A stretch of 36,303 nt of DNA, from the UHGV virus genome UHGV-1321070. One strand, 5' to 3'. Source of the stretch: a virus. The notes below the pieces were generated by a model. It was not told the origin of the DNA. It did no database searches and was given only the letters and a program-made list of their open reading frames with translations. The translations under genes were made by a program, and so were the position numbers. Within the stretch, counting starts at the first letter, position 1. The number at the start of each line of letters is the position of its first letter. Positions 25,175-34,397 of the stretch are shown piece by piece.

Positions 25175-27865
25175 ATGTCGGGACAGTTTTCAGTCGGCGT
25201 TGTTATCGGCGGGATGATTGGCAGCACATTCCGTTCTGCAATGAGCGGTACCCGCCGTGCGCTTGATTCCCTGAGCGATACCTCACGCCGCCTGCAGGAA
25301 CGTCAGAACGCTTTAACCCGTGCAACAGAACGTTATGGTCAACTGGGTTCTTCCCGGATGCAGCATCTCAACAGCGAGCTGCTGCGGGTAAGCCGCACCA
25401 TGGAGCAAATTGAGCGCCAGCAGCGCCGTCTGTCAGCGGCATCCGCTACCAGTGATGCGCTGAAAGCTAACCGCATGGCGCTGTATGGTCAGGGGATTGA
25501 AGCGTATAGCATGGCACAGACTGTTTATCATACGGTTTCCCCTGCCGTTCAGCAGTCCATGTCTTTTCAGGACAAAATGATTGATATGTCGATCACCGCA
25601 AAATATGACAATAAAACGCGGGATGCACTTGCCGGACAGATAAAAGGCTGGGCGCTTAAATACAATCAGTATCAGGATGAGCTGCAGGAGGCGGTGGGTT
25701 CACTCATCAGCGACAATATTGATAATGTGTCAGATATCGGTTTTCTGATGCCGGATATTGCCCGCGCGGCAACGGCAACACGCACGTCTGCTCAGGACTG
25801 GGCAAAAGTGGCCGCAGTCTGGCAAAACTCCCTGAAAGGTGCGGCCAGAGATTTTGGTGCCGTTCAGAATATTATGGCTTATGCCGGTGACCAGGGGTCA
25901 TTTGAAATCCCGGATCAGGTCAAGTGGATGCAGTCCCTGGCCCCAATGATGGCGGGTATTGCCAGTGGAAAAGAGGCTGTTGCTGAAATCGGGGCCAGTC
26001 TCCAGATAGCAAAAATCGGTGCAGGTTCCACCGACGAGGCAGCCAATAATTTTAAAAACTTTCTTACCAAAATTTTTGCCCGCGATACTCAGAAACAGTT
26101 TGCTGATCTGGGTATTGATTTGCAGGGATCTATTGCGAGTTATAAGGCTGCGGGGATCTCTCCGATTGAAGGGATGTTGAGTGTTATAGAACGTTACCTC
26201 AATGCCAAAAGCCCCGAAGCGCTGGCCGACTTCAAATCCGCCATGAAAATAAAGAATGATACGGCAAGAGATGAGGCACTTCAGGCTCTGGCGAAAAACT
26301 TTGGTCTGGGTGATATGTTCGCGGATATGCAGGTCATGGCATTTATCCGCCCGATGCTGGCCAACATGGACAGATATCGCGAGATCCGCGCCGGTGCTCT
26401 CAGGGCTGCGGATAACGATTTGCTTGCCAGTGCTTATGATCAGCGGCTGAAATCTCCCCTTGAAGCCACTAAAGCACTTATGGTCAGCAGTCACGATCTG
26501 GCAATTACGCTGGGCGATCAATTAGCTCCATCTTTTATTTCTCTGACTCAGGACTTGCTCCCACTCATTCAGGGGACAAAACACTGGGTAGCGACTCACC
26601 CGCAATTTGTCAGTGGGGCTTTTAAGCTCATCAGTGCGCTCCTTGCGATTAAGATAGCGACTATTGGTCTCAAACTGGGGCTGAATCTCCTTATTTCCCC
26701 CTTTGTAAGTGTCTGGAAAAATGCTGTTTTACTTCGGGCCAACTGGCTTCGTCTGTCGCTCGCACTGGGGCAAGGCGGTAAGCTCCGCTGGCTGGTGACC
26801 GGATTTAGCGCCGTCGCCAGAGGAGCCAGAACACTGAGTGGCGTGCTCTCCGGGGGGCTGGTTCGCGGAATTATGCTCGCCGGACGTGCTGTTCTCTGGA
26901 TTGGACGTGCGCTGATGATGAATCCCATCGGTCTCGTTATCACCGCTGTCGCGGCAGCAGCTTACCTTATCTACCGCAACTGGGGGGCAGTCAGTGGCTG
27001 GTTTAAACAGCGCTGGGCTGACATTCAGGAAGCCTTTAACGGCGGCATTGTGGGAATTGGTAAGTTGCTGATTAACTGGTCGCCGGCAGGCCTGCTCTAT
27101 AAAGCCTTTGCGGCTGCGCTGAAATATTTCGGCGTTGCTCTGCCGGCAAAGTTCACCGACTTCGGTGGTCATCTTATCGACGGTCTGATTAACGGTATCA
27201 AAAACAAATGGGAGTCGCTCAAATCCAGTGTAACCGGAATGGGTGACAGCATCAGTGGCTGGTTCAGCGAAAAGCTGGGCATTCATTCGCCGAGCCGCGT
27301 GTTTATGGGCTTTGGTGACAATATCGCGCAGGGGGCCGCCATTGGCCTGCAGCGGACCACTCCGCTTGCAGCTCTGGCCGGGCAGCGAATGGCCAGTGAA
27401 CTGCTCCCCAAAATGCCCGTGAGCATTCAGGGGCCAGAAATACGGGATAACACTTCAGGTGTTCGCTTCAGTATGCCGTTGCCCGATATCAATGGGTTTA
27501 TGTCGTCTGCTAAAAATGCGATCGGAGCCGTAATCAATAGTTTGTCTTCCATGCCCGCTATTCCGCTCTCCACCCGGGCATCGATTTTACCAGGGCAACG
27601 TCTGGCAAATGAGATGACACCGGATGTTCCCCGTATCCCCTCGCCTGAAATCCTGGCTGCCGGATATTCAGGCCGTGGTGCAGCTGCAACCGGCGGTGGA
27701 ACGTCTGGTGGTATCCAGGTCAGCTTTAATCCTCAGTTTTTCCTCAATGGCAGGGAAACCACAGCGCCTGCCGGACTGACTGGCGCCCTGAATATGAGCC
27801 TGCATGAGCTGGAAAAAATGCTGGAGCGTCTGCTGGCTCAGAAACAACGTAAGGAGTACCGCTGA
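25175..27865 (+). CDS. Tail tape measure protein
   Basis: 896 aa, helical N-terminal half and hydrophobic central segments, located after the tail chaperone. Confidence 0.8.
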   Translation: MSGQFSVGVVIGGMIGSTFRSAMSGTRRALDSLSDTSRRLQERQNALTRATERYGQLGSSRMQHLNSELLRVSRTMEQIERQQRRLSAASATSDALKANRMALYGQGIEAYSMAQTVYHTVSPAVQQSMSFQDKMIDMSITAKYDNKTRDALAGQIKGWALKYNQYQDELQEAVGSLISDNIDNVSDIGFLMPDIARAATATRTSAQDWAKVAAVWQNSLKGAARDFGAVQNIMAYAGDQGSFEIPDQVKWMQSLAPMMAGIASGKEAVAEIGASLQIAKIGAGSTDEAANNFKNFLTKIFARDTQKQFADLGIDLQGSIASYKAAGISPIEGMLSVIERYLNAKSPEALADFKSAMKIKNDTARDEALQALAKNFGLGDMFADMQVMAFIRPMLANMDRYREIRAGALRAADNDLLASAYDQRLKSPLEATKALMVSSHDLAITLGDQLAPSFISLTQDLLPLIQGTKHWVATHPQFVSGAFKLISALLAIKIATIGLKLGLNLLISPFVSVWKNAVLLRANWLRLSLALGQGGKLRWLVTGFSAVARGARTLSGVLSGGLVRGIMLAGRAVLWIGRALMMNPIGLVITAVAAAAYLIYRNWGAVSGWFKQRWADIQEAFNGGIVGIGKLLINWSPAGLLYKAFAAALKYFGVALPAKFTDFGGHLIDGLINGIKNKWESLKSSVTGMGDSISGWFSEKLGIHSPSRVFMGFGDNIAQGAAIGLQRTTPLAALAGQRMASELLPKMPVSIQGPEIRDNTSGVRFSMPLPDINGFMSSAKNAIGAVINSLSSMPAIPLSTRASILPGQRLANEMTPDVPRIPSPEILAAGYSGRGAAATGGGTSGGIQVSFNPQFFLNGRETTAPAGLTGALNMSLHELEKMLERLLAQKQRKEYR

Positions 27866-28749
27866 TGTTTGCCGTACTGGGTGATATTGAGTTTGAGCTG
27901 ATTACCTACTGGGACGGCTTCGAGGCCACGTTCGGCGTCGATTATGCGGAGCATGCCCGCATCGGGGGTAAGCCTGGCCTGCAGTTCGTCGGCGACAGGC
28001 TGGACGAAATCCAGATAACTCTGGTTTTCCATCAGCATTATTGTGTACCCGATGTGGAGCTGGCGAGACTGCGAACAGCCATGAAAGCCCATCAGGCACT
28101 GGCGCTGGTCTTCGGCAACGGTGACTATCGTGGCTGGTTCGTGATTACCGATGTGACCGCAACCAGCGAGCAGACAGACAGCACCGGTAACGTGCTGGCT
28201 GTCAGTGCCACCGTGTCTCTCCGGGAATACACCGGTGATCCGAAAAATCCTCTGCAACCACCGGCAATACGCACGAAGCTCCCGGGTGTCGGGGCGGTCT
28301 CCGGTGCCATTCCTTCACCTTCAGGGGTGGCGCAGTTCATCCGCAACGGCGTCAACTATGCGAAACAGGCGCAGTCTGTACTCCAGACCACTATCAGCGC
28401 CGTTCGGGTGACACAGAAAATGAAGGATAACCCCGTTGTCGCACTGACCCGTGTGCCGGGGCTGATGAGCGGACTGGGTAATATCTCCGGGGCTCTGGGG
28501 AAAAGTGTTCCGGCGTTTAACGCACTCTCTGAATCCATGCCCGATGCCATCAGTCTGGCCAGAACAGCCAGCGAAGCAGCCACGTATGTACAGCAGGCAC
28601 AGTCTGCGCTGAGTGGTGTGGACAAAAGAAATATTGCAGGTGCTCTGGATACCGTTTCCGGGCAGCTTAACGCCGCCGGCACAGCATTCAACCGCATGTC
28701 TCCGGGATTAAGTGCAATGGCCGCCAGAATACTGACGAGGAGTGTGTGA
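27865..28749 (+). CDS. Tail protein, P2 gpU / Mu N (DNA circularisation)-like
   Basis: 294 aa; N-terminal region (GDIEFEL ... GKPGLQFVGDRLDEIQITLVF ... GWFVITDVT) resembles the gpU-type fold; position after the tape measure. Confidence 0.55.
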   Translation: MFAVLGDIEFELITYWDGFEATFGVDYAEHARIGGKPGLQFVGDRLDEIQITLVFHQHYCVPDVELARLRTAMKAHQALALVFGNGDYRGWFVITDVTATSEQTDSTGNVLAVSATVSLREYTGDPKNPLQPPAIRTKLPGVGAVSGAIPSPSGVAQFIRNGVNYAKQAQSVLQTTISAVRVTQKMKDNPVVALTRVPGLMSGLGNISGALGKSVPAFNALSESMPDAISLARTASEAATYVQQAQSALSGVDKRNIAGALDTVSGQLNAAGTAFNRMSPGLSAMAARILTRSV

Positions 28750-28961
28750 TGTTTCTTGAACATGTTACCCGTGACGGAGAGCGCTGGGATTCGCTGGCAT
28801 GGCAGTACTACGGTGACCCGCTGGGCTATCCCCGGATTATTGCCGCCAATCCGCACGTGGCCATCACGCCGGTGCTGCCCTCCGGGCTGTTGTTACTGAT
28901 CCCGGTGATTGAGACTGAAGAAGCCCGTACAGAAGAGGATATTGCCCCATGGCTGAGATAA
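28746..28961 (+). CDS. Tail protein X-like (P2 gpX family)
   Basis: 71 aa (GERWDSLAWQYYGDP ... IIAANP) resembling the small LysM-like tail protein X. Confidence 0.5.
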   Translation: MMFLEHVTRDGERWDSLAWQYYGDPLGYPRIIAANPHVAITPVLPSGLLLLIPVIETEEARTEEDIAPWLR

Positions 28962-30103
28962 ACAGCACTGCGCAAGTCACATCAGCGTTAACCGGCGTCA
29001 GCGATGTGCTGACACCGGTGTTCACTCTGTGGTATCTGCAGAAAAACATCACCTCTGATATCGCGCCTTATGTCACCCGTGTGACCTGGAGCGATAACAT
29101 CAAAAATGAGTCCGATACCATTGAGGTGGAGCTGGACGACACCGATGGCCGCTGGCTGGATAAGTGGTATCCGGGCAAGGGTGACACGCTGACGCTGAAA
29201 ATGGGCTATCAGGGCGAGAAGCTGCTGTCCTGCGGTACGTTCTCTATAGACGAGATCGAAGTGAGTTCGCCCGCTTCCGTTGTTTCTATCCGTGGGGTGG
29301 CCACCTCGGTTAATAGTGCTCTGCGGACTAAATCCAGCCGTGGTTTTGAGAACACCACGCTGGCAGCTGTTGCGGGGCGGATTGCCAGAAAGCACCGGCT
29401 GAAACTGGTGGGCAGCATTGAGTCCATCAGAATCGACCGGGTGACCCAGTATGCTGAAACCGACGTGGGTTTTCTGCGCCGGCTGGCCAGCGAGTATGGT
29501 TATGCAGTGAAAGTGGTCAGTGACCAGCTGATTTTTTCTCATCTGGCCACACTGCGCAGTCAGGAGACGGTCAGGCAGTTAAAACCGCAGGATGTGGCCC
29601 GCTTTTCCCTGCGTGACACCATCAACCGGGTCTATAAATCTGCAAAGGTAAAACACCAGAAAAGCAGCAGTAAAAAACTGATCGTCCACGAAGCTGATGG
29701 TGGTACCCGTGAAAGCGACAAAAAGCTCAAAGGTGGTAAGGTTACCAGCGCTGACTCACTTAAAGTTAACAGCCGCGTCAGCGACCCGGACAGTGCCCGG
29801 ATTAAAGCGGATTCAGCACTGGCCAGACATAACGAATACCAGCAGAACGGCTCCCTGACGCTGACGGGAACACCTCAACTGACAGCAGGCAACAAAATTG
29901 AACTGGTGGGTTTTGGGCAGTTATCCGGGCCATGGCTCATAACCACTGCCCGCCATGCGTTTGACCGTAACAGCGGCTACACCACAGAGCTGGAAGTGGC
30001 ACGGGGGCCAGTCACAAGAGGGAAAAAACAAAAAACTCAGAAACTCACGGTTTATCACCCGGATGGCAGTACATCGACGGTGATTAAGGAGAAGAAAAAA
30101 TGA
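28949..30103 (+). CDS. Baseplate hub protein (P2 gpD / Mu P-like)
   Basis: 384 aa; position and size match the gpD-type hub that follows gpU/gpX. Confidence 0.65.
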   Translation: MAEINSTAQVTSALTGVSDVLTPVFTLWYLQKNITSDIAPYVTRVTWSDNIKNESDTIEVELDDTDGRWLDKWYPGKGDTLTLKMGYQGEKLLSCGTFSIDEIEVSSPASVVSIRGVATSVNSALRTKSSRGFENTTLAAVAGRIARKHRLKLVGSIESIRIDRVTQYAETDVGFLRRLASEYGYAVKVVSDQLIFSHLATLRSQETVRQLKPQDVARFSLRDTINRVYKSAKVKHQKSSSKKLIVHEADGGTRESDKKLKGGKVTSADSLKVNSRVSDPDSARIKADSALARHNEYQQNGSLTLTGTPQLTAGNKIELVGFGQLSGPWLITTARHAFDRNSGYTTELEVARGPVTRGKKQKTQKLTVYHPDGSTSTVIKEKKK

Positions 30104-30696
30104 CTGGTGTCACTCGTCAGGTCGGTACGGTCAGTGCCGTTGATGCCGACAGGGTTCAGGCCCGCGTTCGTCTGCCTGAATGCGATAACCTGCGCACAAA
30201 CTGGCTTAACGTGCTGCAGCGCAATACCCAGGATAACAAAGATTACTGGCTCCCTGACGTGGGGGAGCAGGTTGAGGTGCTGCTCGATGCCAACGGCGAG
30301 GATGGTGTTATTCTGGGCGCGGTGTATTCAGACGTCGATAAACCACCGTTCAGTGACAAAAATATCCGGGGAACCCGGTTTGCTGATGGTGCAGAGTACA
30401 GCTACAACCGGAAGACGCACACTCTGACCATCCGGGGCGGCATTGAGCATATTGTCATTGAGTGTGGTGCTGATGTGGTATTGAAAACACAGAAAGCCAC
30501 GATTGACGCACCGGAAACCGAACTTACCGGAGATCTGCGTGTCAGGGGAAAGCTGATTTACGAAGGAGGCATGGCGGGTTCTGGTGGTAAAGGTGTTACC
30601 GCGACCATCCATGGCAATATCGAGATTAAAGGGAATGCCCATGCCACGGGCAGTATGCTGTCTGATGGCGAAAACTCCAGCCACCACTCCCACTGA
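30100..30696 (+). CDS. Baseplate spike protein (P2 gpV-like)
   Basis: 198 aa with the gpV-type N-terminal OB-fold-like region and C-terminal beta-strand spike repeats. Confidence 0.65.
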   Translation: MTGVTRQVGTVSAVDADRVQARVRLPECDNLRTNWLNVLQRNTQDNKDYWLPDVGEQVEVLLDANGEDGVILGAVYSDVDKPPFSDKNIRGTRFADGAEYSYNRKTHTLTIRGGIEHIVIECGADVVLKTQKATIDAPETELTGDLRVRGKLIYEGGMAGSGGKGVTATIHGNIEIKGNAHATGSMLSDGENSSHHSH

Positions 30697-30697
30697 G

Positions 30698-30719
30698 CTT
30701 CTTAAACGCCTTTAATATC
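30698..30719 (+). promoter_or_regulatory. Conserved late-promoter motif, copy 3 (upstream of baseplate/fibre operon)
   Basis: CTTCTTAAACGCCTTTAATATC; AATACT -10-like hexamer 19 bp downstream (30739..30744), the same spacing as copy 2. Confidence 0.55.
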
Positions 30720-30750
30720 AGCGTTCCCGCACGGGGGCAATACTGCCCCC

Positions 30751-31098
30751 ATGAAAACGACCTCAGTATTCTGGCAACCAGCCCTGCAGGCTCCCGGCGA
30801 AATTGTCCGGGGGCTGGATGATATCCGGCAGGCGATTCAAATTATCCTGCGGACTCCCCGCGGCAGCGACCCGCATCGCCCGGAGTTCGGCAGCAATCTG
30901 CATCTTTATATCGACTGGCCTGTAGACCGGGCCATTCCGCATGTGGTGCGCGAATCCGTCGATGCCATCCGGCGCTGGGAGCCCCGCTGCCAGCTTATGT
31001 CAGTTAAACCCGCCGTCGACGGCGAACATCTTACGCTCCGGGTGAGCTGGAAAGGCTCAGACGGACAGACCCGGACTCAGGAACTGCTATGGCGCTGA
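30751..31098 (+). CDS. Baseplate wedge protein (P2 gpW / T4 gp25-like)
   Basis: 115 aa with the GPW/gp25 signature region (IRQAIQIILRTPRGSDPHRPEFGSNLHLYIDWPVD). Confidence 0.7.
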   Translation: MKTTSVFWQPALQAPGEIVRGLDDIRQAIQIILRTPRGSDPHRPEFGSNLHLYIDWPVDRAIPHVVRESVDAIRRWEPRCQLMSVKPAVDGEHLTLRVSWKGSDGQTRTQELLWR

Positions 31099-32192
31099 CA
31101 GAACCCGATTTTATTGAACGCGATGCCGACAAAATCACGGCAGAAATGATTGCGAAGTATGAAGCGGATACCGGCAAAACGCTGTACCCGGCACAGGCAG
31201 AACGTCTGCTGATTGATCTGTGGGCCTATCGCGAAATGCTGGTCAGGGTTGCGGTACAGGAGGCAGCAAAGCAGAATCTGGTCGCCTTTGCCCGTGAGCC
31301 GATGATTGATTACCTCGGTGAACTGGTCGGTGTATACCGTCTTGCCGCGCAGCCTGCCACCACCACGCTCCAGTTCTCCGTAGATGAGGCACTGGCCATT
31401 GATGTGCTGATCCCGGCAGGCACCCGCGTCAGCGCTTCCGACAGCGTTATTTTCGCCACCGATACAGATGTGGTACTGAAGGCCGGATTGCTGCTGGTCA
31501 ATGTCACGTCCACCTGTACCGAACCCGGTACCGCTGGTAACGGCTGGCAACCTGCGCAGGTCAGTCAGTTACTCGATGAGATTGATAACGTCGACCTGCT
31601 GGTGAGCAATCTGACGGCTAGTTCCGGCGGTTCAGAACAGGAAGACGATGACAGGCTCCGGGAGCGTATCAGGCTGGCCCCGGAGTCATTCACCAATGCC
31701 GGAAGCCGTGGCGCATACCGCTTTCATGCCATGCAGGCCCATCCCAACATTGTCGATGTTGCTGTGCTTTCCCCGGTTCCCGGGACCGTAGATCTGTATC
31801 CGCTGCTCAGTACCGGTCTGCCGGACGGCGGTGTTCTCACGCTGGTAGAGAGTTTCTGCTCTGATGAGAAAGTCAGGCCACTCACTGATACAGTGCGGGC
31901 TAAAACACCAGTGAAGGTGGATTACACCATTGAAGCCAGGATTACGATCTATCGTGATCAGGATGCCAGGTCTGTAAAAGATGCCGCTAACAGCGCCATA
32001 CAGAACTGGGTGGCATCACATGCCGCCACGCTGGGGCGTGATATTGTCCCCAGCCAGATTATCAGTGCATTGTCCGTTTCCGGGGTGTACCAGGTTGAAC
32101 TGGTGACACCGGCACTGAGGGTGGTGGCAGAAAACGAATGGGCAAACTGTACGGCGATCACACTTAACATGAGTGGAGTGTCTGATGACTGA
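31089..32192 (+). CDS. Baseplate protein J-like
   Basis: 367 aa following the gp25-like gene; order W-J-I is conserved in P2/Mu-type baseplates. Confidence 0.65.
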   Translation: MALTEPDFIERDADKITAEMIAKYEADTGKTLYPAQAERLLIDLWAYREMLVRVAVQEAAKQNLVAFAREPMIDYLGELVGVYRLAAQPATTTLQFSVDEALAIDVLIPAGTRVSASDSVIFATDTDVVLKAGLLLVNVTSTCTEPGTAGNGWQPAQVSQLLDEIDNVDLLVSNLTASSGGSEQEDDDRLRERIRLAPESFTNAGSRGAYRFHAMQAHPNIVDVAVLSPVPGTVDLYPLLSTGLPDGGVLTLVESFCSDEKVRPLTDTVRAKTPVKVDYTIEARITIYRDQDARSVKDAANSAIQNWVASHAATLGRDIVPSQIISALSVSGVYQVELVTPALRVVAENEWANCTAITLNMSGVSDD

Positions 32193-32763
32193 GCCATTAC
32201 AACTCCCGCCACCGCTTGAGGGTGATATCAGTCTCAGGACGCTGGGAAGACTGGCAGGGCGGCTGGATAACATCGACCTGAGCGTACTGATGGTCTTTCT
32301 CGTCGATATCGTCGACAGTTCTGCGCTGCCATGGCTGGGCGAGCAGTTCTCACTGTCTGGCGATGGCTGGGAGCTGGCGGAATCGGACGATGTTCGCCGC
32401 ATGCTTATAAAAGCAGCCATCGAACTACACCGGTATAAAGGGACGCCGTGGTCAATCCGGGAAGTTATCCGCCGTTTTGGCTTTGGTGAAGTGGATCTGA
32501 TTGAAGGCACAGGTCGTCTCAGTTACGACGGCAATCGCAGCTATAACGGACTGTTTGTTCATGGAGATGCAGCCGCCTGGGCGGTTTATCGCGTTATTCT
32601 GAAACAGCCCATTACTAACGATCAGGCCGCGATGCTGCGTCAGACGCTCGCTGCATTTGCACCGGCCCGCTGCCATCTGGCCAGCCTGGAGTATCAGTCT
32701 GTGGCCATTCGCTATAACAATACCGCCATCCATGATGGCAGTTATAACCACGGGAGCAGTTGA
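32173..32763 (+). CDS. Tail protein I-like (baseplate component)
   Basis: 196 aa, between J-like and tail fibre genes. Confidence 0.55.
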   Translation: MECLMTEPLQLPPPLEGDISLRTLGRLAGRLDNIDLSVLMVFLVDIVDSSALPWLGEQFSLSGDGWELAESDDVRRMLIKAAIELHRYKGTPWSIREVIRRFGFGEVDLIEGTGRLSYDGNRSYNGLFVHGDAAAWAVYRVILKQPITNDQAAMLRQTLAAFAPARCHLASLEYQSVAIRYNNTAIHDGSYNHGSS

Positions 32764-34397
32764 TTATGGGAAACCTGAATGAAACAGAAAAGTGGGAAGA
32801 AAATATCTATCAACTGGAGACATCAGATCCGGTTCTGGGTGGTGCTGACGGGATATCAAATCGAGCCCCCCGGCAACTGGCAAACAGGACGAAATGGCTG
32901 AAGAAAAAAACGGAGGAAGCCGCACAGTCACTGGCTGAACACGTACGTTCCCGTAACCACCCGGACGCGACACTGACAGCTAAGGGGTTCACCCAACTGA
33001 GCAGTGCCACCAACAGCACCTCTGAAACGCTGGCCGCCACACCAAAAGCCGTCAAGGCTGCATACGACCTTGCAGCCGGCAAGGCACCCGTCAGTCACAC
33101 TCACCCGTGGAGTCAGATAACGGGAGTGCCTGCTGCCTCGCTGACGGCAAAAGGCACCGTACAACTGAGCAGTGCCACGGACAGTCAATCAGAAACTGAG
33201 GCTGCCACGCCGAAGGCTGTGAAAATCGCGTATGATCTGGCCCGGGGAAAATACACAGCCCAGGATGCAACAACGACCCGTAAAGGGATCGTACAACTGA
33301 GCAGTGCCACCAACAGCACCTCTGAAACGCTGGCCGCCACACCAAAGGCCGTCAAGGCTGCATATGACCTGGCTGCCGGCAAGGCCCCCGTCAGCCACAC
33401 TCACCCGTGGAGTCAGATAACGGGAGTGCCTGCTGCCTCGCTGACGGCAAAAGGCACCGTACAACTGAGCAGCGCCACGGACAGTCAATCAGAAACTGAG
33501 GCTGCCACGCCGAAGGCGGTCAAGGCTGCATACGACCTTGCAGCCGGCAAGGCGCCCGTCAGCCACACTCACCCGTGGAGTCAGATAACGGGAGTGCCTG
33601 CTGCCTCGCTGACGGCAAAAGGCACCGTACAATTGAGCAGTGCCATCAACAGCACGTCTGAAATACTGGCCGCCACACCGAAAGCGGTCAAGGCTGCATA
33701 CGATCTGGCAAACGGAAAACAACCGGCAGATGCCACGCTCACTGCTCTGGCAGGACTTGCCACTGCAGCAGATCGGTTGCCTTATTTTACCGGAGCAGAC
33801 CGCGCAGCGCTGGCAACCCTTACAGCTATTGGTCGCGCGATTATCGCTAAGGGCAGTATAAAAGATGTCCTCAATTACCTTGGTTTGGGGGAAGGCTCTG
33901 CATTGCCTGTTGGTGTACCGGTTCCATGGCCCACCGCCACACCGCCAGCAGGCTGGTTACAGTGCAACGGAGCTACGTTCACCAAAGAACAATATCCTGT
34001 TCTGGCCAGAGTCTACCCGACCCTCCGTCTTCCCGATTTACGCGGTGAGTTTATCCGTGGATGGGACGACGGGCGCAAAGTTGATACAGGACGTAAGTTG
34101 CTGTCCGCACAAGGGGCAACGCTGTTAAGAACAGCAATGCTGGATTATTATAACCAGGACACTACGGGAACCTCGGGGATAGTCGGCATGGGATTCAACA
34201 ATGAAGATTCCATTACAGACCTTCGTGAGGGCAGCTTTAAAATGCCGGACGGGACAACATTCAGCGATCCTGTCATGGCAATGTCAGACAATGGTATGCA
34301 GGCTACTATTCTGACCTCTATCAGAAGCGGGTATGCGAAGGGTATCACTGTCAGACCCCGTAGCATTGCACTTAATTACATTGTGAGGGCAGTTTAA
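32760..34397 (+). CDS. Tail fibre protein (constant N-terminus, repeat region, invertible C-terminus; current orientation)
   Basis: 545 aa; five copies of the phage-fibre repeat (QLSSATNSTSETLAATPKAVKAAYDLA); the 3' third lies inside the invertible segment, whose left recombination site is at 33868..33893. Confidence 0.8.
   Translation: MIMGNLNETEKWEENIYQLETSDPVLGGADGISNRAPRQLANRTKWLKKKTEEAAQSLAEHVRSRNHPDATLTAKGFTQLSSATNSTSETLAATPKAVKAAYDLAAGKAPVSHTHPWSQITGVPAASLTAKGTVQLSSATDSQSETEAATPKAVKIAYDLARGKYTAQDATTTRKGIVQLSSATNSTSETLAATPKAVKAAYDLAAGKAPVSHTHPWSQITGVPAASLTAKGTVQLSSATDSQSETEAATPKAVKAAYDLAAGKAPVSHTHPWSQITGVPAASLTAKGTVQLSSAINSTSEILAATPKAVKAAYDLANGKQPADATLTALAGLATAADRLPYFTGADRAALATLTAIGRAIIAKGSIKDVLNYLGLGEGSALPVGVPVPWPTATPPAGWLQCNGATFTKEQYPVLARVYPTLRLPDLRGEFIRGWDDGRKVDTGRKLLSAQGATLLRTAMLDYYNQDTTGTSGIVGMGFNNEDSITDLREGSFKMPDGTTFSDPVMAMSDNGMQATILTSIRSGYAKGITVRPRSIALNYIVRAV
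32981..33700 (+). repeat. Tandem direct repeats inside the tail-fibre gene (300-bp unit, about 2.4 copies)
   Basis: Sequence at 33001..33230 recurs nearly base-for-base at 33301..33530 (exact 300-bp offset), with a third partial copy to about 33700. Confidence 0.8.
33868..33893. other. Gin/Hin-type recombination site, left (within fibre gene)
   Basis: On the bottom strand reads TTCCCCCAAACC-AA-GGTAATTGAGGA, comparable to hix/gix sites (for example TTCTTGAAAACC-AA-GGTTTTTGATAA); sits at the outer edge of the 199-bp inverted repeat. Confidence 0.7.
33880..34078. repeat. Inverted repeat, left arm (199 bp, perfect)
   Basis: Reverse complement of 35298..35496 is identical over 199 bp by manual comparison; encodes GEGSALPVGVPVPWPTATPPAGWLQCNGATFTKEQYPVLARVYPTLRLPDLRGEFIRGWDDGRK in both fibre variants. 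Confidence 0.85.

Noticed and set aside
32981-33700. Possible CRISPR array suggested by the regular repeats
   Set aside because: The repeats are 300 bp, in frame, and encode the fibre shaft; there are no short repeat-spacer units or cas genes anywhere in the window.
33865-34128. 87-aa ORF in the left inverted repeat, mirrored by a 97-aa ORF at 35203..35496
   Set aside because: Both are alternative-frame readings of the 199-bp inverted repeat, which in frame encodes the conserved fibre segment; they are identical to each other only because the DNA is repeated.
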